The notes under the pieces are model-generated. The model searched no databases. It was not told the origin of the DNA and was given only the letters and a program-made list of their open reading frames with translations. A DNA stretch of 63,550 bases, counting the filler, from Chiloscyllium plagiosum (taxonomy: Eukaryota), in NCBI RefSeq assembly GCF_004010195.1. It is 4 parts of one record of this genome, joined end to end, with 100 filler letters (N's around TTAATTAATTAA, not from the genome) between each part and the next. Parts side by side here need not be neighbours in the genome. Positions count along the whole stretch, not along the records: positions 47,545 to 59,804 come from NC_057712.1; positions 59,905 to 63,550 come from NC_057712.1; 2 more parts are not named here. One strand, given 5' to 3'. Position numbers and translations under genes: made by a program. Below are positions 51,341 through 63,550 of this stretch, piece by piece; positions within the stretch are counted from its first letter, which is position 1; every line of letters begins with the position of its first letter.

Positions 51341-53129
51341 TCCTTTATTTTAATTTTCAGTCGATGTATTTTCACACGAATACACTGCATTCTTTACTTT
51401 TGAGTTTCAAAGGAAGTTGATCCAAATTTTCTGTTCCATTTTGTGCATTCACGTGCAAACAATTATAAATAAGAATTGAGAGGAGACGTCACATTTGAAA
51501 AAACAATGGATGTTGGAAGCACAGGGGACAGCAATTTTTCCGGACATTTGCAATCTTTTGACAATGTGTTGCACAGAAGAACGGTCAGCATGTTTGAGTT
51601 TTGTCGAGTTGACCAACAGAGTTAGCTTGCCATAAGGGTGTGTGATTGTTGGCAGACAGTTTTGCTCAAGGCTCTGTGTAGATTAGTTTGAAGCCTATTT
51701 CAAAGACTGATGCTGGCAATGGGAATCCTATCGCAATAATTCAGCCATTTAACTGTTCAGCTTTGAATTTTTTTTTTGAACATGTCTTTGTTTTGGCCTC
51801 TTTTAGTTGACCAACTAGTAAAACTGCTAGTTTGATTGAAGTTGATGTTGTTCCACTGTGATACCCATGTCAGTAGAAGGTTGCTTGCTTGCTTTGAAGA
51901 ATCCATCAATTAATTACATAATTACCCTGTAGCCGCCACTATAAATTCTTCTGGGAACTTAACATAATACCTCACATTTAATTTAATTTTGTCTAATTTA
52001 TTTTATTTATGATATGATTTGATATGATAATTGCTCTCATTATGAATAAAAGTTATAAAACTGTATAATTTGTACAATTTTAGTTTACACTTGTGTGCCT
52101 AATTAAATTAAATTGACATGGAGCAGTGCAGCAGCAATTAATGTGAACATTTTTTATAAAGTCAGACGTTTCCTTATTTGTACTGTCTAGCCTTTGGCAG
52201 CATTGTGGGTACAAACATAAAACTTTGTCCCAAGTTCCTCTCGTTGCAACACAATCCATGTTCTCATAACAGGACCAAAAGGCTTAGAAGGACAAATATA
52301 AATTGTCAGTCACTGTATTTTAATATTTTAGGGAGGGAGTGATGGGAAAGGAGCAGACATGTTGGTTCTGCACATCGTTCTGGATTGCAGGATGAATGAC
52401 AATTTTTTTTAAATGAATGAGCCAAATTTATTTGGCAATGTTAATTATCTCAGATGTTATCTCACCATAACGTAAAGGTAGGTATATTTAACATTTCTGA
52501 ATTTTGTCAAAATTGTTTGGTCCATAAAACTTGATAACTTCTAAAAATAGTTATAATTGCTGCATTCTTGTTTAAATTTTAAAACGAACCTTGCTGGACT
52601 AAAACATGACCACCTCTGATGCCAAGAAGCAAGTGGACAATATTCTGGAAATGTTTCAATGGCCATTTCCAGGTCAGATCTTAGACACCATCCTCTTGGA
52701 TTTTCACACATCTCCTGCCTCTGGACTGGAAGTACCTCCCGCTATCATGCGAGTGGAGGAAGCCAATGGCGCTTAAGTCTTTAATTTGTGTGAACGGGAA
52801 GCTGGCTCATTCCACCAATCGATGCATGCCACTGATGCCACTGCTCTGAAGTTTGCAGAAACTGGCTAAATGTCAATTTAGGAAGGTTTTACAGAGAGTT
52901 TCTCTGCATGTGGCCGAATGGCTTTTCTCACACAATTCTCTGCAATGTAAATCATTACCAATGTATCTGTATCTGTTGTGCATCACTCATCCTCCCTGCC
53001 CCCCCCCCCCCCCCCCCCCCCCACAAACAGAAGCCCTTGAGACCACTGGGATTCCAGGCCATTTTAAGTGCCCAGTGTGCCCACCGGGATTTGCCCCTCA
53101 CCATGCAAGTTGGGCAGTGAGAACAGACT

Positions 53130-53530
53130 GGATCCGACTGGGCTTGCACGCACTGGAATTTAGAAAAATGAGGGGGGATCTCATAGAAACATATAAAATC
53201 CTGATGGGACTGGACAGGCTCGATGCAGGAAGAATGTCCCCGATGTTGAGGAAGTCCAGAACTAAGAATAAGGGAGTAGAGGTTTAAGGTAAGGGGAGAA
53301 GGTTTGGAAGGGATGTGAGGAAGAACGAATTCACCCAGAGCATGCTGGGAATCTGCAACTCGCTGTCTGTAAGAATGGTAGCAGGAGGGACCCTCGTAAC
53401 ATTTAAGATCTAAGGCATACAAGGCAATGGACCAAGTGCTGGGAAATGGGATTAGAACAGTTGTTGTTTTTGACTGGCATGGACGTGATGGATCAAGAAG
53501 CTTTCTTCAGTGGAACTCTCTGACTCTGTT
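53130..53530 (+). mobile_element. CR1 3' fragment
   Basis: LGLHALEFRKMRGDLIETYKIL. Confidence 0.8.
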
Positions 53531-54084
53531 CGGGATGGGAAGTAAATGCTGGCCTTGTCAGTCATATGTACTTCCTGTAAAAACATTATTGTCTATTTGA
53601 GTATGTGCTTTGGCACTAATCCATTTGTATCAGAAAATGATGGTTGATTATGACAGAACAGGAAGGTAATTTAATATAACAAGTGTGGCATTCAACTTTC
53701 ATGAAACGTGAAGTGTTATTCACAGCCGTGGATGTCTTTATCTATTCATAACCATGGGTGTTAAAGTACATTGTAAGTGAAACAAAACACATGACAGGAT
53801 TTAAAACATAGTCCCAAAAATCAGACACAGTGTCATAATTTTATTCTTCAGAATTGTTTATATTGGTCAAAGCTGTATTTTTAAAGCACAATAAACTTCT
53901 TAGGGCACGTATGTGTGAAGTACATTTCATCAAGAAAAAGTCTTTCTGTGATTTACAGATAGATAATAACTGGTATGTTCAGAGATCTGCAAATACATTT
54001 ACACCAATTAAAAAAAACATACTCTTGAAGATCAGAAGTCTACAGAAATCTCACAGATCATTTTAAAGGCGTGGCTGGGGCATT

Positions 54085-54264
54085 TCTGCCCAGCTCCTTT
54101 TCCACCTATCCACTCCACCCTCTCCTCCCTGACCTATAGCTTATCTCTCCACCCTTCAGGCTCATTTTCTTTATTCCTGATGAAGGGCTTTTGCCCGAAA
54201 CGTCGATTTCGAAGCTCCTTGGATGCTGCCTGAACTGCTGTGCTCTTCCAGCACCACTAATCCA
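54085..54264 (+). mobile_element. Penelope-like terminal repeat with intact hammerhead core
   Basis: CTGATGA-A-GGGC-TTTT-GCCC-GAAA-CGTC at 54177-54204. Confidence 0.78.
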
Positions 54265-57200
54265 TTTTAGACAATGGCAAATGCATTCAAATTGTTCCAC
54301 AGGGAGAATTCTCAAATTCTGTCTCGGGAGCCTGTAAAGCTTAAAATACACTTGTCCTTCAATGTACTATCCCAGTCCACTGACAATAATTGATGACCAC
54401 TGTGCAAAAAGTGGTCCTTAAGCAGCTTTTCAATGCCAGGCTGCAAATTCACTGATGCATGAATAAATATATAGCTTATATTACACAAGTATACCATCTG
54501 ATCCATTTCCATTTGCAGGGTATGTTTTCTTTGGGAATACCTTGTATAATAAAGACCCCCAATGGCATTTCTGATTCTGGAACAGGACACAGGTGGGTAT
54601 GCATTAATCACCCATTGTATAAACTGTGAAACACCACTAACCGTTTATAATATTGCAGTCATTCTAGGGATCAAGTAGCATTTATCTTAGAGATTAAAAA
54701 TAGCATAGCTAAGAGCTTGTGAGTAACTTCATGGTGTCAGTGATCCTCCATTCTTCTCAATTATTGCTATGCCTTTCTTTATACATGTATCCTATGCTTT
54801 CTGTGAGAGAATGCTTGATATTGAGCTCCCTCTGGCTATCCCTGACCATAAATATTTCCGTTGCCTCATTGCTCCATGCAACGTTGTGTCATAAAGGTGA
54901 CTTGGAACATAATCGATATGCAAAGCTTGAGCCAATAAACACAACTAAGAGGCATAAGAACTGAAAGAAGGGTGCAATTCCAACGTAGAATCACAGGGAT
55001 TTAGAAACATTGAGGTCATGATCATGGAAGCCAGACTATGTCACAGAAGTGTTACAGCGAAGGAAAAGGCCATTTGGCCCATCACATCCATACTGGTAAA
55101 TGTCACATTCAGCCTATATCAACAAGGACTATCGAGTATGGAGGTATTGAGAGAGGGTTTTCCACAAGTTTGTTTATAAGCCATGGCGACATCCAAATCA
55201 CTGCCTCTATTTTGTTGCCACCATGAGTAAGTAACTTGTTGATCCACCATTTATTTGTTACAGCATATCTACTTTTCAGCAGGCCTCACTGATGTTCCAA
55301 AATTCAAGTCTCCTGTAAGTGCAATCATTTGGGAAAATAAATATTAGTACATAGATGAGTCCAATCGCATGAGTGATTGGCTCTCAATGTAAGAAAAGCC
55401 AGAACAGCCTTTGTAAGAAATAAATCTACAAGAAATGAAAGTGAGTCCCATGCCTTCGATGTATCTGTAACTCTACACGATAAAAGTGTCAATACAGTGA
55501 TGCATCAAATCATAAAGACAGCTGCATGGGTAAATTTAATGAATTTAGGAGAATTATAACAATTTGTATGGTTTTACCACCTGCATGTAATTTACAGATT
55601 TGCATCTCGTTGGATCAGATATAAATTGCAGCTGAAACCCTTCCAGAATACTAAATACAAGAAAAGACTGATTTCTACCTAAAACAGGTTCTTAGGAAAA
55701 GGACACAAATAATCTCTGATGAGTCATAAAGTTTTCATCGACCACCCAAGAACAAGTTCAAATTCTATTGTGGAATGGTCAATTCTTAAGTGAGTCTGAC
55801 TTCTCAATTACCCTTCCAAGAACCTCATTCCAATCATTGATTTCCCTCATTGTAGAAAGCACTTATCATCTATCCACACTGTGAACCCTAACAACTCTTA
55901 CTTTGTTGTCATGATCACCGATAGACTCAGAGTCATAGAGTTACACAGTACGGAAACAGACCCTTCAATGGTGAAGCAAGTGTATATGCCCAAGTCAAGT
56001 TAATATATCCAAGTCAAGACAAAACATCCAAGACATCCAAATCAAGATAACATGCTAGTTAGAAGGTATCTTGGAAATGGCAATGTTATATTGTATTATT
56101 TGCTCAGAATTGTTAACGATTGTTTTCATGTATGTTTGTGGTTTGCTGAAAATCAGAATGAAAATAATGACACAATGATTTTATCCTGTAGTATCTATAA
56201 TTTGTACTGAAAGCTCATTTGACACAATAATCTTTAGTCCCTTAGTTCTTAAAAGGCTTTTCCAAAAGTTATACTTCACCACGATTCAATATTTTGTCTT
56301 TGGACAAATCTAAGGAAATGCATTGATAGCACTAGTAAAATACAATGGGACAGCATGATTCCTTCTATTGAGTATAGCCATGTAGGATGCAGCATTAATT
56401 TAGTTAAGGATAATTTAAGGATTGTTTGATCGTCGACATTTAATTTAGAAGTTGTCATGGAGCCAAACTTTCTCAGTCCAGTGGTGTTCCTGCGCTGAAG
56501 CCATGTGCAAGATGCCTTAAAATGTGATAATTCCAAAAGGGTCTGTAAAACTGAATCTTTGTTCTGAATTCCCTGGAGCAAAGGCTTGGGAAAGGTGAAT
56601 TGTTGGGCAGTTGACATTACAAGAAGTGGGGTTGATTGGGGAGAGGAGAGTGGGTGGGTGGATGTGGACGGAACTCAACACCAGCAAAGGTTTTCAGTTC
56701 AGTCTATCACCCAGGGGATCTAGATGTTTGGATTAATCAGCACACAGTTCAGTTCAGTAACACCACTAGGAACTAAGAATGGATTCAAGCTTATGTTGGG
56801 CAGATCCCAATGAAAAGGCAAAGCCACATTCTTAAAAAATGTTCCTGTCAAGGCACCAATAAAAGGACGTTTACTCTTCCCTGTTCTGGTGGGAACCCAG
56901 AGTACAACCAATGTAAAGTGGATGTCTGTCATTGATGTTCAAATGATGGAAGATTTGCCCTCACCCAGGGAAACCAGGCTGTTTCAGGCTTGTTACCTTC
57001 TGAATTTTCAAGTTTGCTTAAATGTTTAGTTTGGAACTAGAAATTCCATTCATGCTATCAAGAAATGGTGAATTAAATGTCTTGATAAATCATTGGGATG
57101 AAAAAGACAAAGAACAGACCTAGGAAAATTGAATTTGTTGAATTCTGAGCGATGGGGTCTTGTTTCTGAACAAAGGCTGAGTGTGGCCTTCCCACTGCCT

Positions 57201-59023
57201 GACTGGCATGTGGTCCAATAGGACTTCACTGGAAGAGGTGGCACAGACCTCTCACTGCCTCTTCAGCTGGCCAGCTTAGTGAGATATCAACTTACAATAG
57301 GGACAGGTCGGGGCAATGTAGCATAGCAATAATTTTACTGGGCACATAATCCATCGACCTGGAATACTGATCTAGTATCATGAATTCAATTCCCATATCG
57401 CAATTGGAGAAGTTAAATTCAAGTCATTAACTACATTAGTAACAAATAGCTAGTATTGGTAATGTTGACCATAAAATGACTTGATTGCCCTCAAACTCCA
57501 TCCAGATCATCAATGTGCTTTATGGAAAAAATCTCTTAATTATATATGACACCAGAGCCACAGCAAAATTGTTCACTCTTACACCTCGGAAATCACCTTG
57601 CAAACCACTCAGTTTTATTCCAGAGAGCTATACAAGGGCAATTAGAGATCAGTCACAAATGCTGCTCTTGCTTCTGATGCTCATATTCCATGAATGCATT
57701 TCAAACAATTAACTTGGATGCACAATCAAAATAAATTGCTGTAAATGGAACTCAGATTTCTTGACAGAAACTACACTTGAATGCTCCCTAAATAGAATCA
57801 GGTTTCATTTTAACCTTCAATTTTTGGTGATATTGAACATCAACAGTTTTCTTTAATCTTCAAATCTTAAATCTCCATCTTCACAAGAACTGTGTGATGA
57901 TCTGTCTGCCCAATACAGTCATTGACAGAGGTATCTGTGACAGGTAGATGGTGTGAACAAACTCAAGTAGATTTTCCCCTTCTTGCTAGTTTCCTAATCA
58001 CCTGTTACAAGCCCTGTTTGGCAGCTATGTCTTCAGACTTCCACCAGTTTGGCAACTGGCAGTGCCCCCAAGCCAATTTTGTTCTTTGACATTAAAATCC
58101 CCCATTCAGGGATGCACACTCTGTACCACCCTCAATGCTTCACCCAACTGGAATACAATATAGTGAGGTGGTAGGGAACTGGTAATCAGCAGGAGGTTTC
58201 CTTGCCCCAGTTTGACCCAATGCCATGAGATATCACGTGGTCCAGAATTCATTTTGAGAATTCTGAAGGCAATTCCCACCTGACAACATATTTCTATCTG
58301 ATCATCCTTTGCTTATGGGGTACGACGTACACAGGAATGGTGATGGCAGTGTCTGGGACATAGTCATAGCCACCAAGCCAGACATCTCAAATGGATATTT
58401 GGGTAATCTGTGAGACGCTGCTTCAAATTTTTACACAAGACGCCAAATATTTGTAAGGTGAAAGTTGCAGAGTTGAAAGGGTTGGGTGTGCTTTTAGTAT
58501 ATCTGTCAATGCTTTAGTCTGGCTAATTTCATTCCTATTAACTTTTCTGGAGAGAATTTCATACAACTGAATAGTGTGCTAGACCAGTTCAGAGGTCATT
58601 TGAGAATCATTCACGTTGCTGAGGATCTGGAGTCTAGCACAAACCAGACCAGGTAAGGACAGAGACACCGTTCTTTAAAGGACATTAGTGAGCCAAATGG
58701 GATTTAATGTTTATTCATGATAGCTTCATGGTGACCATTACTTTGACCAGTTTTCTATTCCCAATATATTAGTTAATTGAGCTTAAATTATTTATCAACT
58801 TGCAACAAGAGAAAGAAATATCCTCATGTTGCATTCCATGAATGTGTATTAATGCACAGAAGATATATTCGAGGTTAATTGATATAATATTGGATTACAA
58901 TGCATTTCGAATTCTATGAAGTTAGAAAACCATATAGAGTTTAGCACGAGAATTATTTACAAATCAATTACTTATGTGCTCAGTTTATTGGTTACCTGGA
59001 TGACAAATAGAGGTCATGAACAC

Positions 59024-59303
59024 AGCACTGTGGCTCAGTGGTTAGCACTGCTGCCTCACAGTACCAGGGTCCCAGGTTTGATTCCAGCCTCAGACGACTG
59101 TCTGTGTGGAGTTTGCACATTCTCCCCGCGTCTGCGTGGGTTTCTTCCCACAATCCAAAGATGTGCCGGTCAGGTGAATTGACCATGCTAAATTGCCCGT
59201 GGTGTAAGGTGCATTAGTCAGAGGGAAATGGGTCTGGGTGGGTTATTCTTTGGAGGGTTGGTTTGGGCTGAATGGCCTGTTTCCACACTGTAGGGAATCT
59301 AAT
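59024..59303 (+). mobile_element. HE1-type SINE
   Basis: tRNA head, core and GGCCTGTTTCCACACTGTAGGGAATCTAATCT tail. Confidence 0.9.
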
Positions 59304-59449
59304 CTTAAAAAAAAACTCAAGCCGGAAAAGCAAGATGTAATTGTCTTCTCTGCCCCATCGCATTTGTGCTGAATGTTTACTGTTATATTTATATCTCAGA
59401 ATGACTGGCTGCTGTATTCTCACATTGGAGTAGAAACTGGTCCATTTCA

Positions 59450-59748
59450 GATGACCCAAAAATAAGGAAGAGAGTTAGTTGTGAAGAGCACCTACAGAAT
59501 TTGTAAATGAACATAGACAGGCTAAGTGAGTGGGCAAACATTGGGCAGATGGCGTTTAATGGAGGAAAATATGAACTTGTCCACTTTGACAAGAAGAGTA
59601 GAAACATAGCATATTATATTGATGGAGAGAGATTGAAAACCTCTGAGATACAGAAAGATGAGGGGGCAACATGGTGGCTTAGTGGTTAGCTCAGCTACCT
59701 CACAGCACCAGGGAGCTGGGTTTGATTCTACTCTGGTGCAACTGTGTG
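59450..59748 (+). mobile_element. CR1 fragment followed by a truncated HE1 head (59663-59748)
   Basis: IDRLSEWANIGQMAFNGGKYELVHF; GGGCAACATGGTGGCTTAGTGGTTAGC. Confidence 0.75.
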
Positions 59749-60220
59749 GAGAAAGTGAGGACTGCAGATGCTGGAGATCAGAGCTGAAAATGTGTTGCTG
59801 GAAANNNNNNNNNNNNNNNNNNNNNNNNNNNNNNNNNNNNNNNNNNNNTTAATTAATTAANNNNNNNNNNNNNNNNNNNNNNNNNNNNNNNNNNNNNNNN
59901 NNNNCGGGCGGTGCGGGGTTGTGGGACTATGAGGTTGGAGGCGGTGGATGGGAGATCCCCCGAGGTGATGAGGTTATGGACGGTCTGGGCCCTCACCTTG
60001 ACCTCTTTCCACCTATCACATTTCCGACGCCCCTCCCCCAAGTCCCTCCTCCCTACCTTTTATCTTAGCCTGCTGGACAAACTTTCCTCATTCCTGAAGA
60101 AGGGCTTATGCCCGAAACGTCGGATTCTCCTGTTCCCTGGATGCTGCCTGACCTGCTGCGCTTTTCCAGCAACACATTTTCAGCTCTGATCTCCAGCATC
60201 TGCAGTCCTCACTTTCTCCT
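59748..60220 (-). mobile_element. Penelope-like element spanning a linker: inverted ends, RT fragment and hammerhead motif
   Basis: 59748-59804 is the exact reverse complement of 60163-60219; minus ORF TVHNLITSGDLPSTASNLIVPQPRTA; CTGAAGAAGGGCTTATGCCCGAAACGTC at 60094-60121. Confidence 0.85.
59805..59904. other. Artificial 100-bp scaffold linker
   Basis: 44 N + TTAATTAATTAA + 44 N. Confidence 0.97.
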
Positions 60221-61580
60221 TCAGTGAGATCCAGGCCTTTTCAATCTTTCGAACAATTGCTTCAAAATGTGCTACAATAGAGACTCCACAAGACCCCAGT
60301 ACACACCTCCTGAAATAATGATTGCCTGACCAGTGGAAAATCAAGCTGTTGTACCTTTGACTGGAAGACATATCATTTGGAGCTGTTTTTTCCCAAATTG
60401 TGGAGAGAGTAAAGACAAGACAAAATAGACTACTACTCAAAGAAAAGTATGTGATACTGTATTAGATTACGTTAATCTTTTTTTTTCGTCCTACCTTGGC
60501 TGATGATTGCAGTAAGTTTCTAGCTTTCATGGTTACATTTGCAATGATAACTCAGATTGATGTAACTGCTTTAAAATAGACAGCTGAAAGGAACGCATCC
60601 AAATGTGCCAAACATAAAATTGGCAGTGATGGCAAGTTATCAGTGTGCATAAATTTAACAGGATCAGAAAATCCAGGTCAGCGGGAAGTAAAGGGAAACA
60701 TGTAAGTAAATGACAAGTAGCGAAAGGGTAACAAAATGAGTATGGATCAAACTGAAAATGCCTTCGAATATGAAAACTGGTAAAATCTCTGACCTGTTTC
60801 TCTGTATATTCATGTTCTTAAGGAGGTAAGAAATTAAGTATAATATTGGATGCATAGAATCAATTTTAGAAGCAGATGACTTGACAATTTTGAAGTAAAA
60901 ACAAATTGCTGGCAAACCTCAGCAGGTCCAGCAGCATCTGTGGAGAGAAAGCAAAATGACCAAACTTGAAACGTTAACTCTGTTTTCTCTCCACAGATAC
61001 TGCCAGATTTATGCCAGTAATTCCTGCTGTTTTCTCAGATCTCCAGCATCTGTAACTCTTTGTTTCATTTTTAACTCGACAGTTATTCATGTCCTTAACA
61101 GCTTGACAAAAGCTACACTCTCAATTTGAAAACAGAAGGTTTTTAAGCCATTGAAAGAAATGCCATGGAAAGAAATGCCATGGAGAATTGTGTGGTAGGA
61201 AATGTGTTGTAAGAACAGGCTGAGCATTTATTTCTTGAAAATTAACAATTAAAGACTGTGAAGTAACTGCACAGAGGTCGGTGTCCCATTACCACGCCAC
61301 CCTTTATTTACTTGTGCAGAGTACACCAGCTGTGGCCAGCTAGCTTGAAGTCAGTCGCCTGAACTGAGGAGATTCTAAATCTCCTGTTTATATTTTTTTC
61401 TTTTTTTAACAGAATGTTGTTCAATTTATACAGTAATTTAAATGCTGAATGTAATACCATATGTAAAATAAACTGCATTGGTATATGTAGTGTACAAATT
61501 AGTATGCAGAAAGCAATTTTGTTTAAAAATATGTAGCAAACACACATTTCACAAATGTCTCAACCTACACACTGAGCTGT

Positions 61581-61760
61581 TGGTCCACACACAAAGTCCC
61601 GGTCCACACACAAAGGCCCGTTCCACTCACAAAGGCCTGGTCCACACGCAAAGACTTGGTCCACTCACAAAGGCCCGGTCCACTCACAAAGGCCTGGTCC
61701 ACAAATAAAGGCCTGGTCCACACACAAAGGCCTGGTCCACACGCAAAGGCCCATCCACAT
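61581..61760. repeat. 19-bp minisatellite, ~9 copies
   Basis: GGTCCACACACAAAGGCCT-type units. Confidence 0.9.
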
Positions 61761-61993
61761 TAGAAGGCTCAGTCTGATGTAATGACGCAGAGGCTGGGTC
61801 CCATCACCAATCATTCTTTATTTACGAGGGTGCAGTACCACTGGCTGTGGAGATGCACAACCTCCTGCTTATTTTTTTTCCCCGTTTAACAAGTCATCCT
61901 GCAAATCACTAGTTCTCCACAGCACTACCAGGTATGGCCAGCCAGCTCGGATCCAGTCTCCCTTACTGAGGGGATGCTAAACCTCCTGCTTAT

Positions 61994-63186
61994 CTATTTT
62001 TCTTCTTCGTAAATTCCCACACTACCACCAAACAGCGGTAGTGCTTATTTCTTCCCAGCACCCTTGTCGAGTGCGTGTAAATGGAGGACACAGTGAAGAA
62101 ACAACGAGTGCAGAAAACTTTATTCATATTCCACCAGTTGAAGAAAAAGAAATACCTGACTGGCCAGTGACAAGCAATACCCTTCTCTTTAGGGGCATTG
62201 CCTATGTGATTAAAAAAGTGAATGGGAGGGGAGGGGAGGGATTAAATCAGATAGAATCGGAGGGGGAATAAAACACTTCATGTCCCGCCCACTTCTACCT
62301 CCTGTGTATTTTTTTTCGTTTTTGTTTTTTTCCCACATTACCGCCTAACTGCAGTAGTGCTTATTTTTTCCCCAGCACCCATGTTGGGCGTGTGCAGGTG
62401 TGAGACACAGTGAAATACACAAGGTGCATGAATCTTCATTCAGTTTCCAGCACCAGCAAGAAAGGAAACACCCAAGTGGCCAGTGACAAGCAGTGCCCTT
62501 CTCATCAAAGGGCAATGCTGTGTGATCAAACAGTGAAGGGCACGGCAGGGGTTAAATCAGAATAGAATCGGAGGGGAAAATAAAACACTCCATGCCTCGC
62601 AGTGCCCACCTCTACCTCCTGTGTATTTTCTCAAGATAGGCAAACACCCAAGTGGCCAGTGGCAAGCAGTGCCCTTCACATCAAAGGGCAATGCTGTGTG
62701 ATCAGAAACTCTTGTTTATTTTTTGTGTTGTGTGTGTGTGCAGGTGTGAGACACAGTGAAAGACTCAAAGTGGGAATCTCCTATTTATTTTTTTTTGGTG
62801 TGTGTGTATTCGTGTGAGACACAGTGAAAGACAGAAAGTGCACGAATCTTTATTCAAATCCACCACCAGGAAGATAGGAAAACACCCGGGTGGCCAGTGA
62901 CAAACACTGCCCTTCACATCAAGGGACAGTGCTGTGTGATCAAAACAGTGAAGGGGAACCCCTGTTTATTTTTTTTTCTTTCTTTTTTTTTCTTTTGTGT
63001 GTGTGTGTGCAGGTGGGAGACACAGTGAAAGACACAAAGTGCACCAATCTTTATTCAATTTCCACCACCAGGAAGATAGGAAAACACCCGGGTGGCCAGT
63101 GACAAGCACTGCCCTTATCCCTCCTGTGTATATTTTTCCCCAGCACACATGGTGTGTGTGTATACGTGTGAGACAGTGAAAGGACA
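61994..63186 (-). mobile_element. Stack of 5'-truncated Tx1-like LINE 3' ends
   Basis: Repeated partial copies of GTGCAGGTGTGAGACACAGTGAAAGAC...GGTGGCCAGTGACAAGCACTGCCCTT, each starting with a T-tract after CTCCTG(T/C)(T/G)TAT. Confidence 0.8.
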
Positions 63187-63195
63187 CTCCTGTTT

Positions 63196-63550
63196 TTTTT
63201 TTCTTTTAACCCCCACACTACCACCTAAGTGCGGTAGTGCTTATTTTTTCCCCAGCACCCATGGTGTGTGTGTGCAGGTGTGAGACACAGTGAAAGACAC
63301 AAAGTGCACCAATCTTTATTCAATTTCCACCACCAGGAAGATAGGAAAACACCCGGGTGGCCAGTGACAAGCACTGCCCTTCACATCAAAGGGCAGTGCT
63401 GTGTGATCAAAACAGTGAAGGGGTGGGTAGGGACTAAATCAAAATAGAGTTGGAGGGAGAAATGATGCACTCCACTCCCTGCGGCGCCCACCTCTCCCTG
63501 AACAACTCCAGGGTGTTGATCGACACCGCGTGCTCCTTCTCCAAGCACAC
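63196..63550 (-). mobile_element. Tx1-clade non-LTR retrotransposon: ORF2 C-terminus, 3' UTR and poly(A); continues past window
   Basis: Minus frame 63550-63434 VCLEKEHAVSINTLELFRERWAPQGVECIISPSNSILI* resembles Tx1-type ORF2 ends (E-EHA..F..RW); AATAAA on minus strand and T-tract at left end. Confidence 0.75.

Noticed and set aside
52853..53287. 144-aa ORF with polyproline
   Set aside because: Poly-C run joined to a CR1 fragment
61983..63200. CRISPR-like repeat-spacer array
   Set aside because: The segments between motifs are homologous LINE 3' ends with poly(A), not unique spacers

Overview
Repeat-dense vertebrate genomic DNA, almost certainly a shark or other elasmobranch (HE1-type tRNA SINEs, CR1/HER1-type LINEs, Rex1, Penelope-like elements, Deu-domain SINE). 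The only recognisable host gene is DUSP23 (+ strand): a first coding exon at 32302-32579 with a probable CpG-rich promoter and non-coding exon near 29300-29487. I did not find the catalytic exon in the window. Three 100-bp artificial joins (44N-TTAATTAATTAA-44N) and one ordinary gap break contiguity. The most unusual structure is at 61.3-63.55 kb: about ten T-tract-initiated segments, most of them 5'-truncated 3' ends of a Tx1-like LINE. Each starts right after a recurring motif CTCCTG(T/C)(T/G)TAT, and the most intact copy is at the right, which suggests a self-regenerating site-specific insertion hotspot. The window also holds several Penelope-like families with minimal hammerhead-ribozyme motifs in inverted terminal repeats, a 33-bp minisatellite, nested insertions with visible target-site duplications, and weak cryptic or micro-exon candidates. 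Nearly all ORFs in the supplied track are repeat artefacts. Repeat family names come from pattern recognition, not database searches, and most repeat boundaries are approximate.
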